Positions 18,340 through 28,163 of a stretch of DNA of 64,000 bases are shown here, in pieces; position 1 is the first letter of the stretch, and each line of letters opens with the position of its first letter. The DNA lies in assembly GCA_023819255.1 (NCBI GenBank), contig JAMWBU010000004.1, positions 1,418-65,417 of the forward strand. Direction: 5' to 3'. Below the pieces are notes generated by a model. It saw only the letters and a list, made by a program, of their open reading frames with translations, was not told the origin of the DNA and searched no databases. The stretch comes from Candidatus Omnitrophota bacterium. Its GTDB lineage: Bacteria; Ratteibacteria; UBA8468; B48-G9; DTJG01. The translations under genes were made by a program, and so were the position numbers.

Positions 18340-20259
18340 ATGAAGAAAAGATTTCCTTATGATACTTTGCCCGTTGATGAAATTAAAACATTGAAGGAAT
18401 TCAGCAATCTTTGTAGAAGAGATGTTCTTACGATGACAACACTTTCAAAATCCGGTCATCCGGGCGGTTCAATGTCCGCCATGGAGATATATAATGTTAT
18501 CTTTCATTTTGCCGCAATAAGTCCTGAAAAAGTGGATGATCCTGAAAGAGATAAGATTGTTATAAGTTTTGGTCATACTTCTCCAGGAGTATACGCTGTT
18601 TTGGGAAGATTGGGGTTTTTTGATCCTGACACAGCGATTGCTTCATTCAGACAGGCTGGAAGCATTTTTGAAGGGCATATCGTGAGAAAAGTCCCTGGAA
18701 TTGACTGGGGCACCGGTAATCTGGGCCAGGGACTTTCCGCAGGTTGCGGATACGCGCTTTTTGACAGAATAAAAAATCGTGAAAGCTACACTTTTGTTTT
18801 GATGAGCGATGGTGAGCAAACTAAGGGACAGGTTGGTGAAGCGCGGCGTTTTGCAATGAAATATAATCTGAATAATCTCAGGGTAATCATTGATTATAAC
18901 AGGATACAGATAAGCGGATGCATTTTTGATATCATGCCGTCAAACATCAAGGAGAATTATCTTGCCGATGGATGGGAAGTAATGGAAACAGATGGACATG
19001 ATATAGCCCGGCTTTATTCAACTATAAAGAAAAGCCTTGAAATTGATAAACCAGTTTGTATAATCGCAAACACGGTTATTGGCAAAGGCGTTTCTTTTAT
19101 GGAAGGGAAATGCGCATATCATGGAAAGACGCTCGGTGAAGAGGACTACATTAAAGCGATCAAGGAACTTGGTTTTGAAAGTGATCTTGAAAAATACAAA
19201 GAGTTGAGAAAGAAAAAGAATTACACATTTCCCGGAAGGAGTTTTGAAATAAAAGTTTCAATAAACAAAGGGAAAAGCCGCACCTATGAACCAGGAACGA
19301 AAATTGATAATCGTACCGCATTTGGAAACGCGCTTCTGGATCTTGGAATAGCCAATAAAGATAACAAAGAAAATCCAATCCTTGTTTTTGATTGTGATCT
19401 TGCAAGCTCAGTAAAGACCGATATATTTGCCAGGGAATTTCCGGATAGATTTTTTCAGTGCGGTGTCCAGGAACACCATGCCGCAACAGTGTCAGGCGCT
19501 TCTTCGTCTGGCGGCGCTGTGAGTTTTTTTGCTGATTTTGGAGTATTCGGGGTTGACGAGACATACAATCAACATCGCTTGAATGACCAGAACTACACAA
19601 ACCTGAAGGTTATATGCACACATCTCGGTCTTGATGTGGGAGAGGATGGGAAAACGCATCAATGTATAGATTACATTGGGCTGTTCAGAAATATTTTTGG
19701 TATGCGCCTTATTATACCCGCCGATCCAAACCAGACAGACAGAGTGATAAGATATGTTGCGTCGCAACCAGGAAATTATTTTGTTGGCATGGGTAGATCG
19801 AACGCACCTATTATTACCACTATTGATGGAAGGCCATTTTTCGCGTCTGATTACGAGTTTGAATACGGACGGGCTGACATTTTAAGAGACGGCAAAAATG
19901 GTTTTATTTACACTATGGGAGCACTTGTGCCAAGGGCAATCGCAATTTCTGACCAGTTGAAGCAGCAGGGTATAGAAATTGGTGTTGTCAATTACAGCTG
20001 CCCTGTGGCGATAGATGAAAATGCGTTGAATATGGGAATTAAAACAGGGCTTGTGATTTCCTATGAAGACCATATTGCTGATTCAGGACTTGGGATGACC
20101 ATTGCTTCTTATATTGCCGAAAAGCAAAAGATTGTTAAGTTTTACAGGCTCGGCATAAGAAAATATGGAAGCTCTGGCACACCCGACGAACTCTATGCAG
20201 AGCACGGTCTGGATGTTGAGACAGTGAAGGATTTAATTAGAAAATTGTTGAAAGTTTGA
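18340..20259 (+). CDS. tkt: Transketolase (single chain)
   Basis: SGHPGGSMS, GNLGQGLS, SDGE...N TPP-binding motif, GVQEH, GEDGKTHQ. Confidence 0.92.
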   Translation: MKKRFPYDTLPVDEIKTLKEFSNLCRRDVLTMTTLSKSGHPGGSMSAMEIYNVIFHFAAISPEKVDDPERDKIVISFGHTSPGVYAVLGRLGFFDPDTAIASFRQAGSIFEGHIVRKVPGIDWGTGNLGQGLSAGCGYALFDRIKNRESYTFVLMSDGEQTKGQVGEARRFAMKYNLNNLRVIIDYNRIQISGCIFDIMPSNIKENYLADGWEVMETDGHDIARLYSTIKKSLEIDKPVCIIANTVIGKGVSFMEGKCAYHGKTLGEEDYIKAIKELGFESDLEKYKELRKKKNYTFPGRSFEIKVSINKGKSRTYEPGTKIDNRTAFGNALLDLGIANKDNKENPILVFDCDLASSVKTDIFAREFPDRFFQCGVQEHHAATVSGASSSGGAVSFFADFGVFGVDETYNQHRLNDQNYTNLKVICTHLGLDVGEDGKTHQCIDYIGLFRNIFGMRLIIPADPNQTDRVIRYVASQPGNYFVGMGRSNAPIITTIDGRPFFASDYEFEYGRADILRDGKNGFIYTMGALVPRAIAISDQLKQQGIEIGVVNYSCPVAIDENALNMGIKTGLVISYEDHIADSGLGMTIASYIAEKQKIVKFYRLGIRKYGSSGTPDELYAEHGLDVETVKDLIRKLLKV

Positions 20260-20288
20260 TCCGCAGACAATTATTCCGGGAGGCAGAA

Positions 20289-20489
20289 ATGAAATGCGTA
20301 AATCGGGATGTTAATATTAAGAATTGTTCGTGCACATACATTTCCTGCGGCAAGCGGGGCATGTGCTGTGAATGTGTAAGCTATCACAGGAAAAATGGCG
20401 AAATTCCGGGATGCTTTTTTCCTCCAGACGCAGAAAAAACTTACGACAGATCAATAGAAAATTTCATACGCGTCTACAGCAAAAGTTAA
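20289..20489 (+). CDS. Small Cys-rich protein (DUF6485-like)
   Basis: MKC...NCSCTYISCGKRGMCCECVSYH...IPGCFF...EKTYDRS; GGAGG SD upstream. Confidence 0.75.
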   Translation: MKCVNRDVNIKNCSCTYISCGKRGMCCECVSYHRKNGEIPGCFFPPDAEKTYDRSIENFIRVYSKS

Positions 20490-21424
20490 TACCATATCCA
20501 GAGATACCTCCATCTCTTCAGGAAACGAGAAACAATGTCAGGCTGTTTTATAACAATCAATGTCTCAATATTTTTTCTTGCGGTTTCAGTGTAATTAAAT
20601 GAACCGGTAAGAACAGTATTGCGATCGATAATCAAAAATTTGTCATGTATGTTATTAACAAAGCAGTCCTTTTTTACTTTTAGAAAATGGATTTTTTTCA
20701 TAAAAGAATATTCGTTCGAGGAAGGATTTTGCGAGCCCTCAAAGATTCCATAAACCTTTATTCCTTCTATTCCTGTCCTGCAGATTTCTTCGCCTATCGC
20801 GTCAGAAGTAAAAACAAACATTGCGAATTTTAGAGATTCTTTCGCTTTTTTTATTTCATTTTTTACTATCAAGGCGCAGTCAGAGACAGGAGAGAAATAA
20901 ATTTCTATGAAATCATTTATTAACAATTGTCCTTTTGAAATAATAGATCTCGACCATAGAGAGAAAAAATTTTCAGCAAAAAATTTACCGATAGTTTCGT
21001 CATTAATAAAAAGAATGTTATTTGAATCCCACCACATTGAAGATTCAGTGAAATTGGCTGAACCGACAAAGGTATATTTTTCGTCTATCACTATAAATTT
21101 TGAATGAAGCGCGCAGGATTTTTTATCCCATCTTTTTATCTGCAAGTTTCTGGCGATGCTGAAATTTTGATAGGGCTGGAAATTGGTCAGGATTTTTACT
21201 TCTATTCCTTTTTTTGCAAGATTTTCAAGAATATCATAGCCCTGTTTCCAATTGAAGGTATAACTTGCGATATAGACGGATTTTTTTGCTTCCTGCAATT
21301 TTTTAATGATTATCCGGTCAATTTTATCGGATGGAGAAAAGTATGCCGACATTTCTGCGGCGTGAGACAAATATTGCAGAAAAAAGATTAAAACTATGAT
21401 TTTTCTCAAAAAAACCTTCTTCAT
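20486..21424 (-). CDS. Exported phospholipase D-superfamily protein (nuclease/PLD)
   Basis: Signal peptide, two HxKxxxxD motifs (HSKFIVID, HDKFLIID), GSANFT and GSFNYT. Confidence 0.85.
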   Translation of the reverse strand: MKKVFLRKIIVLIFFLQYLSHAAEMSAYFSPSDKIDRIIIKKLQEAKKSVYIASYTFNWKQGYDILENLAKKGIEVKILTNFQPYQNFSIARNLQIKRWDKKSCALHSKFIVIDEKYTFVGSANFTESSMWWDSNNILFINDETIGKFFAENFFSLWSRSIISKGQLLINDFIEIYFSPVSDCALIVKNEIKKAKESLKFAMFVFTSDAIGEEICRTGIEGIKVYGIFEGSQNPSSNEYSFMKKIHFLKVKKDCFVNNIHDKFLIIDRNTVLTGSFNYTETARKNIETLIVIKQPDIVSRFLKRWRYLWIWY

Positions 21425-21458
21425 ATTAAGAATTTCTTATTTTCGCAAAAAAGAAGTT

Positions 21459-21500
21459 TTCACAAAAGTTGTAAACTGAAGTAAAATATTACCGGTCAAT
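21459..21500 (+). promoter_or_regulatory. Promoter TTCACA-N17-TAAAAT followed by the imperfect palindrome ATTACCGGTCAAT
   Basis: ttcaca 21459-21464, taaaat 21482-21487, palindrome 21488-21500, AGGAGG SD before TTG 21528. Confidence 0.5.
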
Positions 21501-21527
21501 AAAAATGATATCAGAAAAGGAGGAATT

Positions 21528-22577
21528 TTGAAAGCAGCAATTTTTCAGGGTCCGGAAAAAATACAGGTTATGGAGTGGAAAAATCCTGTTTGCGGAGACG
21601 ATGAGATTCTGATAAAAGTTGAGTATTGCGCAATATGCGGCACAGATGTTAGAACTTTTTTCCATGGCCATAATAAGGTTATTCCGCCCGCGATTATCGG
21701 TCATGAAATAACCGGTGAAGTGGTTGAAGCAGGGAAGAATGTTAAAGGACTATTAAAAAAAGGAGACAGAATAACACCTGTAACTTCCATTGGTTGCGGA
21801 TACTGCAGGCTTTGCAGTAAGGGTCTGTACAATCTATGTCCTGACACAAAAGCCCTGGGTTATTTTTATCCTGGAGGTTTTGCCGAATATATGATTATTC
21901 CAGAGGCAGCTGTTGAGCAAAAAGCATGGGTTGTTCTTCCTGATAACATTTCTCTCCTTGAGGGTTCTCTTATAGAGCCATTGTCCTGCGTGATAAATGC
22001 CCAGAACTATCTCGCAATACAACCAGGCGATTCTGTTGTCATCTATGGAGGTGGGCCAATAGGTTTTATGCATGCCATACTTGCGCGAGCATCTGGAGCA
22101 GAAAAAATCGTAATGGTGGATCCCGCATATGAGCGGCTTGAAAAATTTGCTTCACTATTTTCTGATTTAATACTGATAAATCCTTTGAAAGAAAACACTG
22201 TTGCCAAGATTAAAAAGATCACAGATGGTTTTGGCGCTGATGTTATAATTACGGCGTGTCCTGCAAAGCAGGCGCAGGTTGAAGCTTTCCAGATAGCGGC
22301 GCCTCGAAGCAGAATAAGTTTTTTTGGAGGATTGCCAAAAGACGATTCTGTGATCAGTATTGACAGCAATCTCATCCATTATTATGAAATAAGCGTTTTT
22401 GGAGCGTTTGCTTCAAACAGGGTTGATTACCAGAAAGCCGTTGACCTCATATCTTCAAGAAAGATCGATCCTTCCAGATTTATTACAGAAGTTATTCCAT
22501 TAAAAGATATTGATAGAGGAATAAGAATGGTGAAAGGTGGAAGCGTTTTGAAGGTGGTTTTAAAGATACAGGAGTGA
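21528..22577 (+). CDS. Zinc-dependent polyol/sugar dehydrogenase (L-iditol 2-dehydrogenase-like MDR)
   Basis: ICGTD, GHEITG, structural Zn motif CGYCRLC...C, GGGPIG. Confidence 0.85.
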   Translation: MKAAIFQGPEKIQVMEWKNPVCGDDEILIKVEYCAICGTDVRTFFHGHNKVIPPAIIGHEITGEVVEAGKNVKGLLKKGDRITPVTSIGCGYCRLCSKGLYNLCPDTKALGYFYPGGFAEYMIIPEAAVEQKAWVVLPDNISLLEGSLIEPLSCVINAQNYLAIQPGDSVVIYGGGPIGFMHAILARASGAEKIVMVDPAYERLEKFASLFSDLILINPLKENTVAKIKKITDGFGADVIITACPAKQAQVEAFQIAAPRSRISFFGGLPKDDSVISIDSNLIHYYEISVFGAFASNRVDYQKAVDLISSRKIDPSRFITEVIPLKDIDRGIRMVKGGSVLKVVLKIQE

Positions 22578-22580
22578 AGC

Positions 22581-23369
22581 ATGAAACAAATGCTAAAAGG
22601 TATGATTACGATTGTCACCGGCGCCGGACGGGGGCTTGGAGAAGCTTTGAGTTATGGATTTGCGCAGGAGGGCGCGATTGTTTGCCCCTGGGATATTGAT
22701 GAAGAAAATCTTAATAAGACCGCAGGGAAACTTGAAACCATGAAAAGACTCGGGAAAAAAGCAAAGGTTGATATAACTGATGAAAAACAGGTGAGCAAAG
22801 AAATGGAATTGATTGAATCTGAATTTGGAGGAATAGACATTTTAATAGCAAATGCAGGAATACTTTATTCTTATGAAATTACTGAGTTTCCTGAAGACCG
22901 GTGGAGAAAGATCATAGAAGTCAATCTCACAGGATATTTTATATGCGCAAAGTACGCGGCAAGATTGATGAAAAAGAAAAGAAAAGGAGTTATTATCCAG
23001 ATAAACTCCAAATCAGGGAAAAAAGGGAGTTACTGGAACAGCGCATATGCGGCAAGCAAATTCGGTGGGATAGGACTTACTCAGAGTATGGCTCTGGATC
23101 TTGCGCCTTTTGGAATCAGGGTAAACGCAATATGTCCGGGTAATCTTTTTGAAAGTCCGTTATGGCAGAAAAGTTTGTTCCAGCAGTATTCAAAAAAGTG
23201 GGGTATTTCCATTGAAGAAGTAAAAAGAAAATATGTTGAGCAGGTTCCTCTTGGAAGGCCGTGCACTTACAAGGATGTTATAAATGTGGCGGTTTTTCTT
23301 GCGAGCGACCGGGCCGAATATATGACCGGTCAGGCAATCAATGTGACAGGTGGTCAGGAAATGAGATGA
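22581..23369 (+). CDS. srlD: Sorbitol-6-phosphate 2-dehydrogenase-like SDR
   Basis: VNLTGYF, IQINSKSGKKGS, YAASKFGGIGLTQS, GNLFESPLW, TGQAINVTGGQEM. Confidence 0.8.
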   Translation: MKQMLKGMITIVTGAGRGLGEALSYGFAQEGAIVCPWDIDEENLNKTAGKLETMKRLGKKAKVDITDEKQVSKEMELIESEFGGIDILIANAGILYSYEITEFPEDRWRKIIEVNLTGYFICAKYAARLMKKKRKGVIIQINSKSGKKGSYWNSAYAASKFGGIGLTQSMALDLAPFGIRVNAICPGNLFESPLWQKSLFQQYSKKWGISIEEVKRKYVEQVPLGRPCTYKDVINVAVFLASDRAEYMTGQAINVTGGQEMR

Positions 23370-24490
23370 AACAGTCCAGAGATATTATTTTTCTAAATAA
23401 ATGCCTTGCCCTTGCGAAAAATGGTTCAGGTCTTGTCAGCCCAAATCCAATGGTCGGCGCTGTTGTGGTGAAGGGCAATCATATTGCTGGATATGGCTGG
23501 CACAGGGCTTTTGGCCTTCCTCACGCAGAAGTCGAAGCAATTAAAATGGCAGGTGCAGGGGCAAGAAACTCAACATTGTATGTTAATCTTGAGCCCTGTT
23601 GCCATTATGGAAAAACACCCCCGTGTACTGATTTAATCATCAATTCTGGTGTAAAAAAGGTTGTATTCTGTACCTTAGACCCTAATCCCGAAGTCAACGG
23701 GAAAAGTGTGGAGATTTTGAAAAATAATGGTGTTGAGGTTAGATACGGGCTGCTTGAATCAGAAGCTCGAAGATTAAATGCTTTTTATTTTACATTTGTG
23801 GAAAAAAAGAGACCATTTATAAGTTTAAAATGGGCGATGAGTGTTGATGGCAAAATCGCTGACGCATCTGGCATGTCAAAGTGGATTACAACATGTCAAG
23901 CGAGAGAATTTCAAAAACAACTGCGATTTGAGTATGACGCAATTCTTACGGGAAGCGGGACTATCTTAAAAGACAATCCCGTGCTTGATTTCAACGTTCC
24001 CGGTCAAATAAAAAAGCGTCTGGCAAAAAGGAAGAGATTTTACAAGATAATTCTTGACAGCACATTGAAGATAGCCCCTGATGCAAATGTTTTTTCGAAT
24101 GCGAACGCAAATGTTGTCATTTTTGTTGCAAACGGTGTTGTTGAAAGTAAGAAAAAATTTCCTGAAAATGTTGAGATAGTGGAAGTGGAAAGAGAATCAA
24201 ACGGATTGCTTGATATCAGGGCTGTCATTTTTCATCTATATTCAAAAGGAATTGGCAAATTGTTTGTTCAGGGAGGGACAAAGATATTGACATCATTTTA
24301 CAATTATGGACTTTTTGACAATATTTATTTATTTGTGGGCGGCAAGATTATTGGAGGACCTGCCATATATCCGCCTTTTGAAGGAAAGATAATTCCACTG
24401 GAATCTCAATCAGAGATTCATCTGGAAGAAGTGATAAGGATTAAAAACGATGTATTAATGGTTTTCAGAAATGTTCGCCGGGATAATTGA
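23366..24490 (+). CDS. ribD: Diaminohydroxyphosphoribosylaminopyrimidine deaminase / reductase
   Basis: PNPMVGAV, HAE, LEPCCHYGKTPPC, SVDGKIA; ATGA overlap with the upstream SDR. Confidence 0.95.
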   Translation: MKQSRDIIFLNKCLALAKNGSGLVSPNPMVGAVVVKGNHIAGYGWHRAFGLPHAEVEAIKMAGAGARNSTLYVNLEPCCHYGKTPPCTDLIINSGVKKVVFCTLDPNPEVNGKSVEILKNNGVEVRYGLLESEARRLNAFYFTFVEKKRPFISLKWAMSVDGKIADASGMSKWITTCQAREFQKQLRFEYDAILTGSGTILKDNPVLDFNVPGQIKKRLAKRKRFYKIILDSTLKIAPDANVFSNANANVVIFVANGVVESKKKFPENVEIVEVERESNGLLDIRAVIFHLYSKGIGKLFVQGGTKILTSFYNYGLFDNIYLFVGGKIIGGPAIYPPFEGKIIPLESQSEIHLEEVIRIKNDVLMVFRNVRRDN

Positions 24491-25100
24491 AGAAATAGGG
24501 ACTGTTGTTGATGTAAGAAAAAAAGGAAATTCAGTTTTGCTCGGGATAAAGGCAAAAAAGGTTTTTGACGATTTATCCGTCGGGGATAGCATCAGCGTGG
24601 ATGGTGTATGCCTTACGGTTAAAACCATAAAAAGACCAGTTTTCTATACAGATCTTTCACCGGAAACATTGAAGACGACGACTCTCGGAAATGTCAGGAA
24701 CCAGGCTTATGTAAATCTTGAAAGGGCTTTGAAATATGGAACGAGAATCGGCGGACATTTGCTTTCAGGACATATAGATTTTAAGACAACGATAATTTCA
24801 AGAAAGAATCAGGGAAATAATTCAATAATCCTGGTGAGGATACCGATTGAATATTCCTGCTATTTTATAAAGAAAGGTTCTGTGGGTATAGACGGAATTT
24901 CTTTAACTGTTGCTGACTTAACAGGCGAGAATATTGCCATATGGCTTATTCCATATACGATAGACAATACGACGATGAAAAACAAGAAAACCGGAGACCA
25001 GATCAATATTGAAGTTGATATGCTGGCAAAAATCGCAACTGGCACAGAATGCAATGCGCGGAGAACATATGGAAAGGTCAGCAAGGAATCAATCTTTTGA
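24471..25100 (+). CDS. ribE: Riboflavin synthase (alpha chain)
   Basis: MFAGIIEE, GVCLTV, VNLERAL, GGHLLSGHID, GISLTV. Confidence 0.95.
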   Translation: MFAGIIEEIGTVVDVRKKGNSVLLGIKAKKVFDDLSVGDSISVDGVCLTVKTIKRPVFYTDLSPETLKTTTLGNVRNQAYVNLERALKYGTRIGGHLLSGHIDFKTTIISRKNQGNNSIILVRIPIEYSCYFIKKGSVGIDGISLTVADLTGENIAIWLIPYTIDNTTMKNKKTGDQINIEVDMLAKIATGTECNARRTYGKVSKESIF

Positions 25101-26316
25101 AATCAGCAGTGTAGAGGATGCGATCAGGGATCTTAAAAAAGGTAAGTTTATTATTGTGGTTGACGACGCAAAGAGAGAAAACGAGGGAGATCTCGTTTGT
25201 TCTGCAGAGAAGGTTACGCCTGCTGTTATAAATTTTATGACAAAGCATGCCAGGGGATTGATTTGTGTGGCTTTACCCGAAGAAAGGATAAAGCAATTGA
25301 ATCTTTCTCCTATGGTTGAGGACAATACAGCGTTGCATCACACAAATTTTACTGTTTCCGTGGATGCAAAAAATGGGGTTACAACAGGAATATCCGCTTT
25401 TGACAGAGCCAGGACAATAAAGGTTTTAATATCGCCTGACTCAAAGCCCCAGGATCTTGCCCGACCAGGACATATATTTCCTATCAAATCAAGAGACGGT
25501 GGAGTGCTGGTGCGTGCAGGGCATACTGAAGCCGCGGTTGACCTTGCGAAATTGGCCGGTCATTATCCAGCTGGAGTAATATGCGAGATAATGGCTGACG
25601 ATGGTTCGATGGCAAGAATGCCTGAACTCATCAGCATGGCGAAGAAACACGGATTGAAGATCGTTACAATAGCGGATCTGATAAAATACAGAAGGACCAG
25701 AGAAAAACTGGTTGAACGAATATTGTCTGTAGAGCTTCCTACCAGATCTGGCACATTTGATCTGCTTCTTTATAGAGATAAGATTGAAAATAATAATCAT
25801 CTTGCTCTGGTGAAAAAGGTTTCTGACAGTAAAAAGATCCCGCTTGTGAGGGTTCATTCACAGTGTCTCACAGGCGATATTTTTCATTCATTCAGATGTG
25901 ATTGTGGAGAGCAGCTTCATACAGCGCTTTCAATGATTGCAAAAGATGGAGGGGCTTTAATTTACCTGCCGCAGGAAGGAAGGGGAATAGGGCTTGAAGA
26001 TAAGCTTCGCGCGTATAAACTTCAATCAGAAAAGAATCTCGATACCGTTGAAGCCAACTTATATCTTGGTTATCCTGATGATCTCAGGGACTATGGAATA
26101 GGAGCCCAGATTCTTCTGGATTTAGGATTGACCAGTATTCGCCTTCTTACCAATAATCCCAGAAAAATAGTTGGCCTTGAGGGCTATGGCATTGATATTG
26201 TTGAGAGAGTGCCCATTGAAATCGCTCCAAATCCGCATTCACTGAAGTATCTGGAAACAAAAAAGAAAAAGTTAAGACATCTGCTAAAGGTTAATTTTAA
26301 AAAGGGGGAAAAATGA
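25069..26316 (+). CDS. ribBA: DHBP synthase / GTP cyclohydrolase II
   Basis: [23 protein letters not shown]...[18 protein letters not shown]. Confidence 0.96.
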   Translation: MERSARNQSFEISSVEDAIRDLKKGKFIIVVDDAKRENEGDLVCSAEKVTPAVINFMTKHARGLICVALPEERIKQLNLSPMVEDNTALHHTNFTVSVDAKNGVTTGISAFDRARTIKVLISPDSKPQDLARPGHIFPIKSRDGGVLVRAGHTEAAVDLAKLAGHYPAGVICEIMADDGSMARMPELISMAKKHGLKIVTIADLIKYRRTREKLVERILSVELPTRSGTFDLLLYRDKIENNNHLALVKKVSDSKKIPLVRVHSQCLTGDIFHSFRCDCGEQLHTALSMIAKDGGALIYLPQEGRGIGLEDKLRAYKLQSEKNLDTVEANLYLGYPDDLRDYGIGAQILLDLGLTSIRLLTNNPRKIVGLEGYGIDIVERVPIEIAPNPHSLKYLETKKKKLRHLLKVNFKKGEK

Positions 26317-26777
26317 AAGTTTTTGAGGGGAATCTGTCGGCTGAAGGAAAGATTTTTGGAATTGTGGTAAGCAGGTTTAACGAATTCTTGACCAGGAATC
26401 TTCTCCAGGGAGCTATCGACTGTCTCACAAGGCATGGAGCTTCAGATAAAGACATTGATGTTGTGTGGGTTCCAGGCGCTTTTGAGATAGGATTCGCGGC
26501 AAGAAAAATGGCGGCTTCAGGCAGATATAACGCTTTGATATGTCTTGGCGTTGTTATACGCGGAGCGACCATGCATTTTGAATATGTCGCAGGTCAGGTA
26601 ACGAGAACGCTTGGCCAGATTAATAGCGAGGGAATAGTTCCGATCACCTCTGGAATTATTATTGCAGACAGCATTGAGCAGGCAACTGAAAGAGCGGGAA
26701 CAAAAATGGGTAACAAAGGCTGGAGCGCGGCTCTTTCTGCGATTGAAATGGCTGATGTGAATGAAAAGTTGAAATGA
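26313..26777 (+). CDS. ribH: 6,7-dimethyl-8-ribityllumazine synthase
   Basis: SRFN, VPGAFE, GVVIRGAT-x-HFEYV, NKG. Confidence 0.96.
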   Translation: MKVFEGNLSAEGKIFGIVVSRFNEFLTRNLLQGAIDCLTRHGASDKDIDVVWVPGAFEIGFAARKMAASGRYNALICLGVVIRGATMHFEYVAGQVTRTLGQINSEGIVPITSGIIIADSIEQATERAGTKMGNKGWSAALSAIEMADVNEKLK

Positions 26778-27202
26778 AAAAGATAGCTCGAAAAGCCAGG
26801 GTGATCGCTCTTGAAATATGTTATCAGCTTGATATTCATAACCTTCTGTCTGAAAAACACGCTACAAAAGTGTTGAAGGAAAAGAATATTGACGGAGATA
26901 TTTATTTCAGGGTCGAATCGATTGTTTGCGGAGTTGTAAAGAACCTTTCTTTTATCGACGGTTTGCTCGCGAAATACAGCGCAAACTGGGATATTTCAAG
27001 AATGAGTTATGTGGACCGCAATATTTTGAGAATTGCTGTTTATGAAATGTTTTTCGTCTCCGAGGTGCCTGATATTGTTGCAATCGATGAAGCAATTGAA
27101 ATTTCAAAGATTTATAGCAGCCCGGATTCAGGAAAATTTATCAACGGACTTCTTGACAGGATAATGAAAGAAGGCGTTTCCCGAAAAGACATAGAAAAAT
27201 AG
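26774..27202 (+). CDS. nusB: Transcription antitermination factor NusB
   Basis: RKAR, DRNILR, VAIDEAIEISK, FINGLLD; follows ribH. Confidence 0.93.
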   Translation: MKKIARKARVIALEICYQLDIHNLLSEKHATKVLKEKNIDGDIYFRVESIVCGVVKNLSFIDGLLAKYSANWDISRMSYVDRNILRIAVYEMFFVSEVPDIVAIDEAIEISKIYSSPDSGKFINGLLDRIMKEGVSRKDIEK

Positions 27203-27206
27203 TGAG

Positions 27207-28163
27207 ATGAAAAGAATATCTGGAATTGCTCTGAAATCCTGTGTCAGTATCTTCTTCATTTTTCTCGTACTGAGAAAAATAAATTTTTTTGAATTGGGAG
27301 GAATTTTCAAAAATGTGTCTATTCCCGCTCTTATATGGATGTTTACGGTGAATTACGCGATTACTTTTTTTATAGCTCTGAGGTGGTATTTCATTCTTGA
27401 TGAATTTAAAGAAAAAATTTCTTTTTTCAATGTCTGGAAATTATCTTTAATAGGTTTGTACTTTAATATACTCTTGCCAACCGGCACCGGCGGTGATGCT
27501 GTCAAAATTTTATATATAACGCGTAATCATCAGGAAAAATTAAGACTGGGAACATCTGTAATTTTTGATCGCTTCATAGGGTCTTCAACGATTATCGCGA
27601 TGGCGATAATCAGCCTTCTTTCATACGAAAAAAATCTTCCAGCGAAGTTAAAGATCACTCTTGCGTTGCTGCTTATTGTTGTACTTTCAATATGGCTGCT
27701 GATTTTCTGGGACAGACTTGCTGTTCTCACGGGCAGGATTTTTCCTTACAGATTGAGGCAGAAGTTGAAGATTTTTTATAATCATCTCAGGGATTATGGC
27801 ATTAACAGTCGCGTTCTAATTAACGCGATATGCACCAGCATTTTCGTTCAAATCCTTTCAATATATGTCCAGTATCTCGCTGCAGAACTTGTTTCGCCTG
27901 TGTCTGGCACATCTATTCCATTTCAGTTGTTTTTCATTTTCATTCCGATTATCTGGCTTAGCTCTATTGTGCCATCTCTGGGCGGACTTGGGATCAGGGA
28001 ATACGGATATCTTTTTTTCTTTAATCCTTACCTTGGAAAGGATGCCGCCATAGCAATGTCTCTTATAAATCTTATGCTGATTCTCGCACAGGCAATCGCT
28101 GGAGGTTTGATATTTCTGTTTTTTCGTCCAGATCGTCAAAATCCGCAACGAAAGTCCTTTTGA
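27207..28163 (+). CDS. Lysylphosphatidylglycerol synthase TM / flippase-like membrane protein (UPF0104)
   Basis: RW, FN-x-LLPTGTGGDAVK, DR, PSLGGLGIRE; multiple TM segments. Confidence 0.85.
   Translation: MKRISGIALKSCVSIFFIFLVLRKINFFELGGIFKNVSIPALIWMFTVNYAITFFIALRWYFILDEFKEKISFFNVWKLSLIGLYFNILLPTGTGGDAVKILYITRNHQEKLRLGTSVIFDRFIGSSTIIAMAIISLLSYEKNLPAKLKITLALLLIVVLSIWLLIFWDRLAVLTGRIFPYRLRQKLKIFYNHLRDYGINSRVLINAICTSIFVQILSIYVQYLAAELVSPVSGTSIPFQLFFIFIPIIWLSSIVPSLGGLGIREYGYLFFFNPYLGKDAAIAMSLINLMLILAQAIAGGLIFLFFRPDRQNPQRKSF

Noticed and set aside
23261-23369. FMN riboswitch upstream of ribD
   Set aside because: No leader exists; ribD overlaps the stop codon of the upstream SDR.
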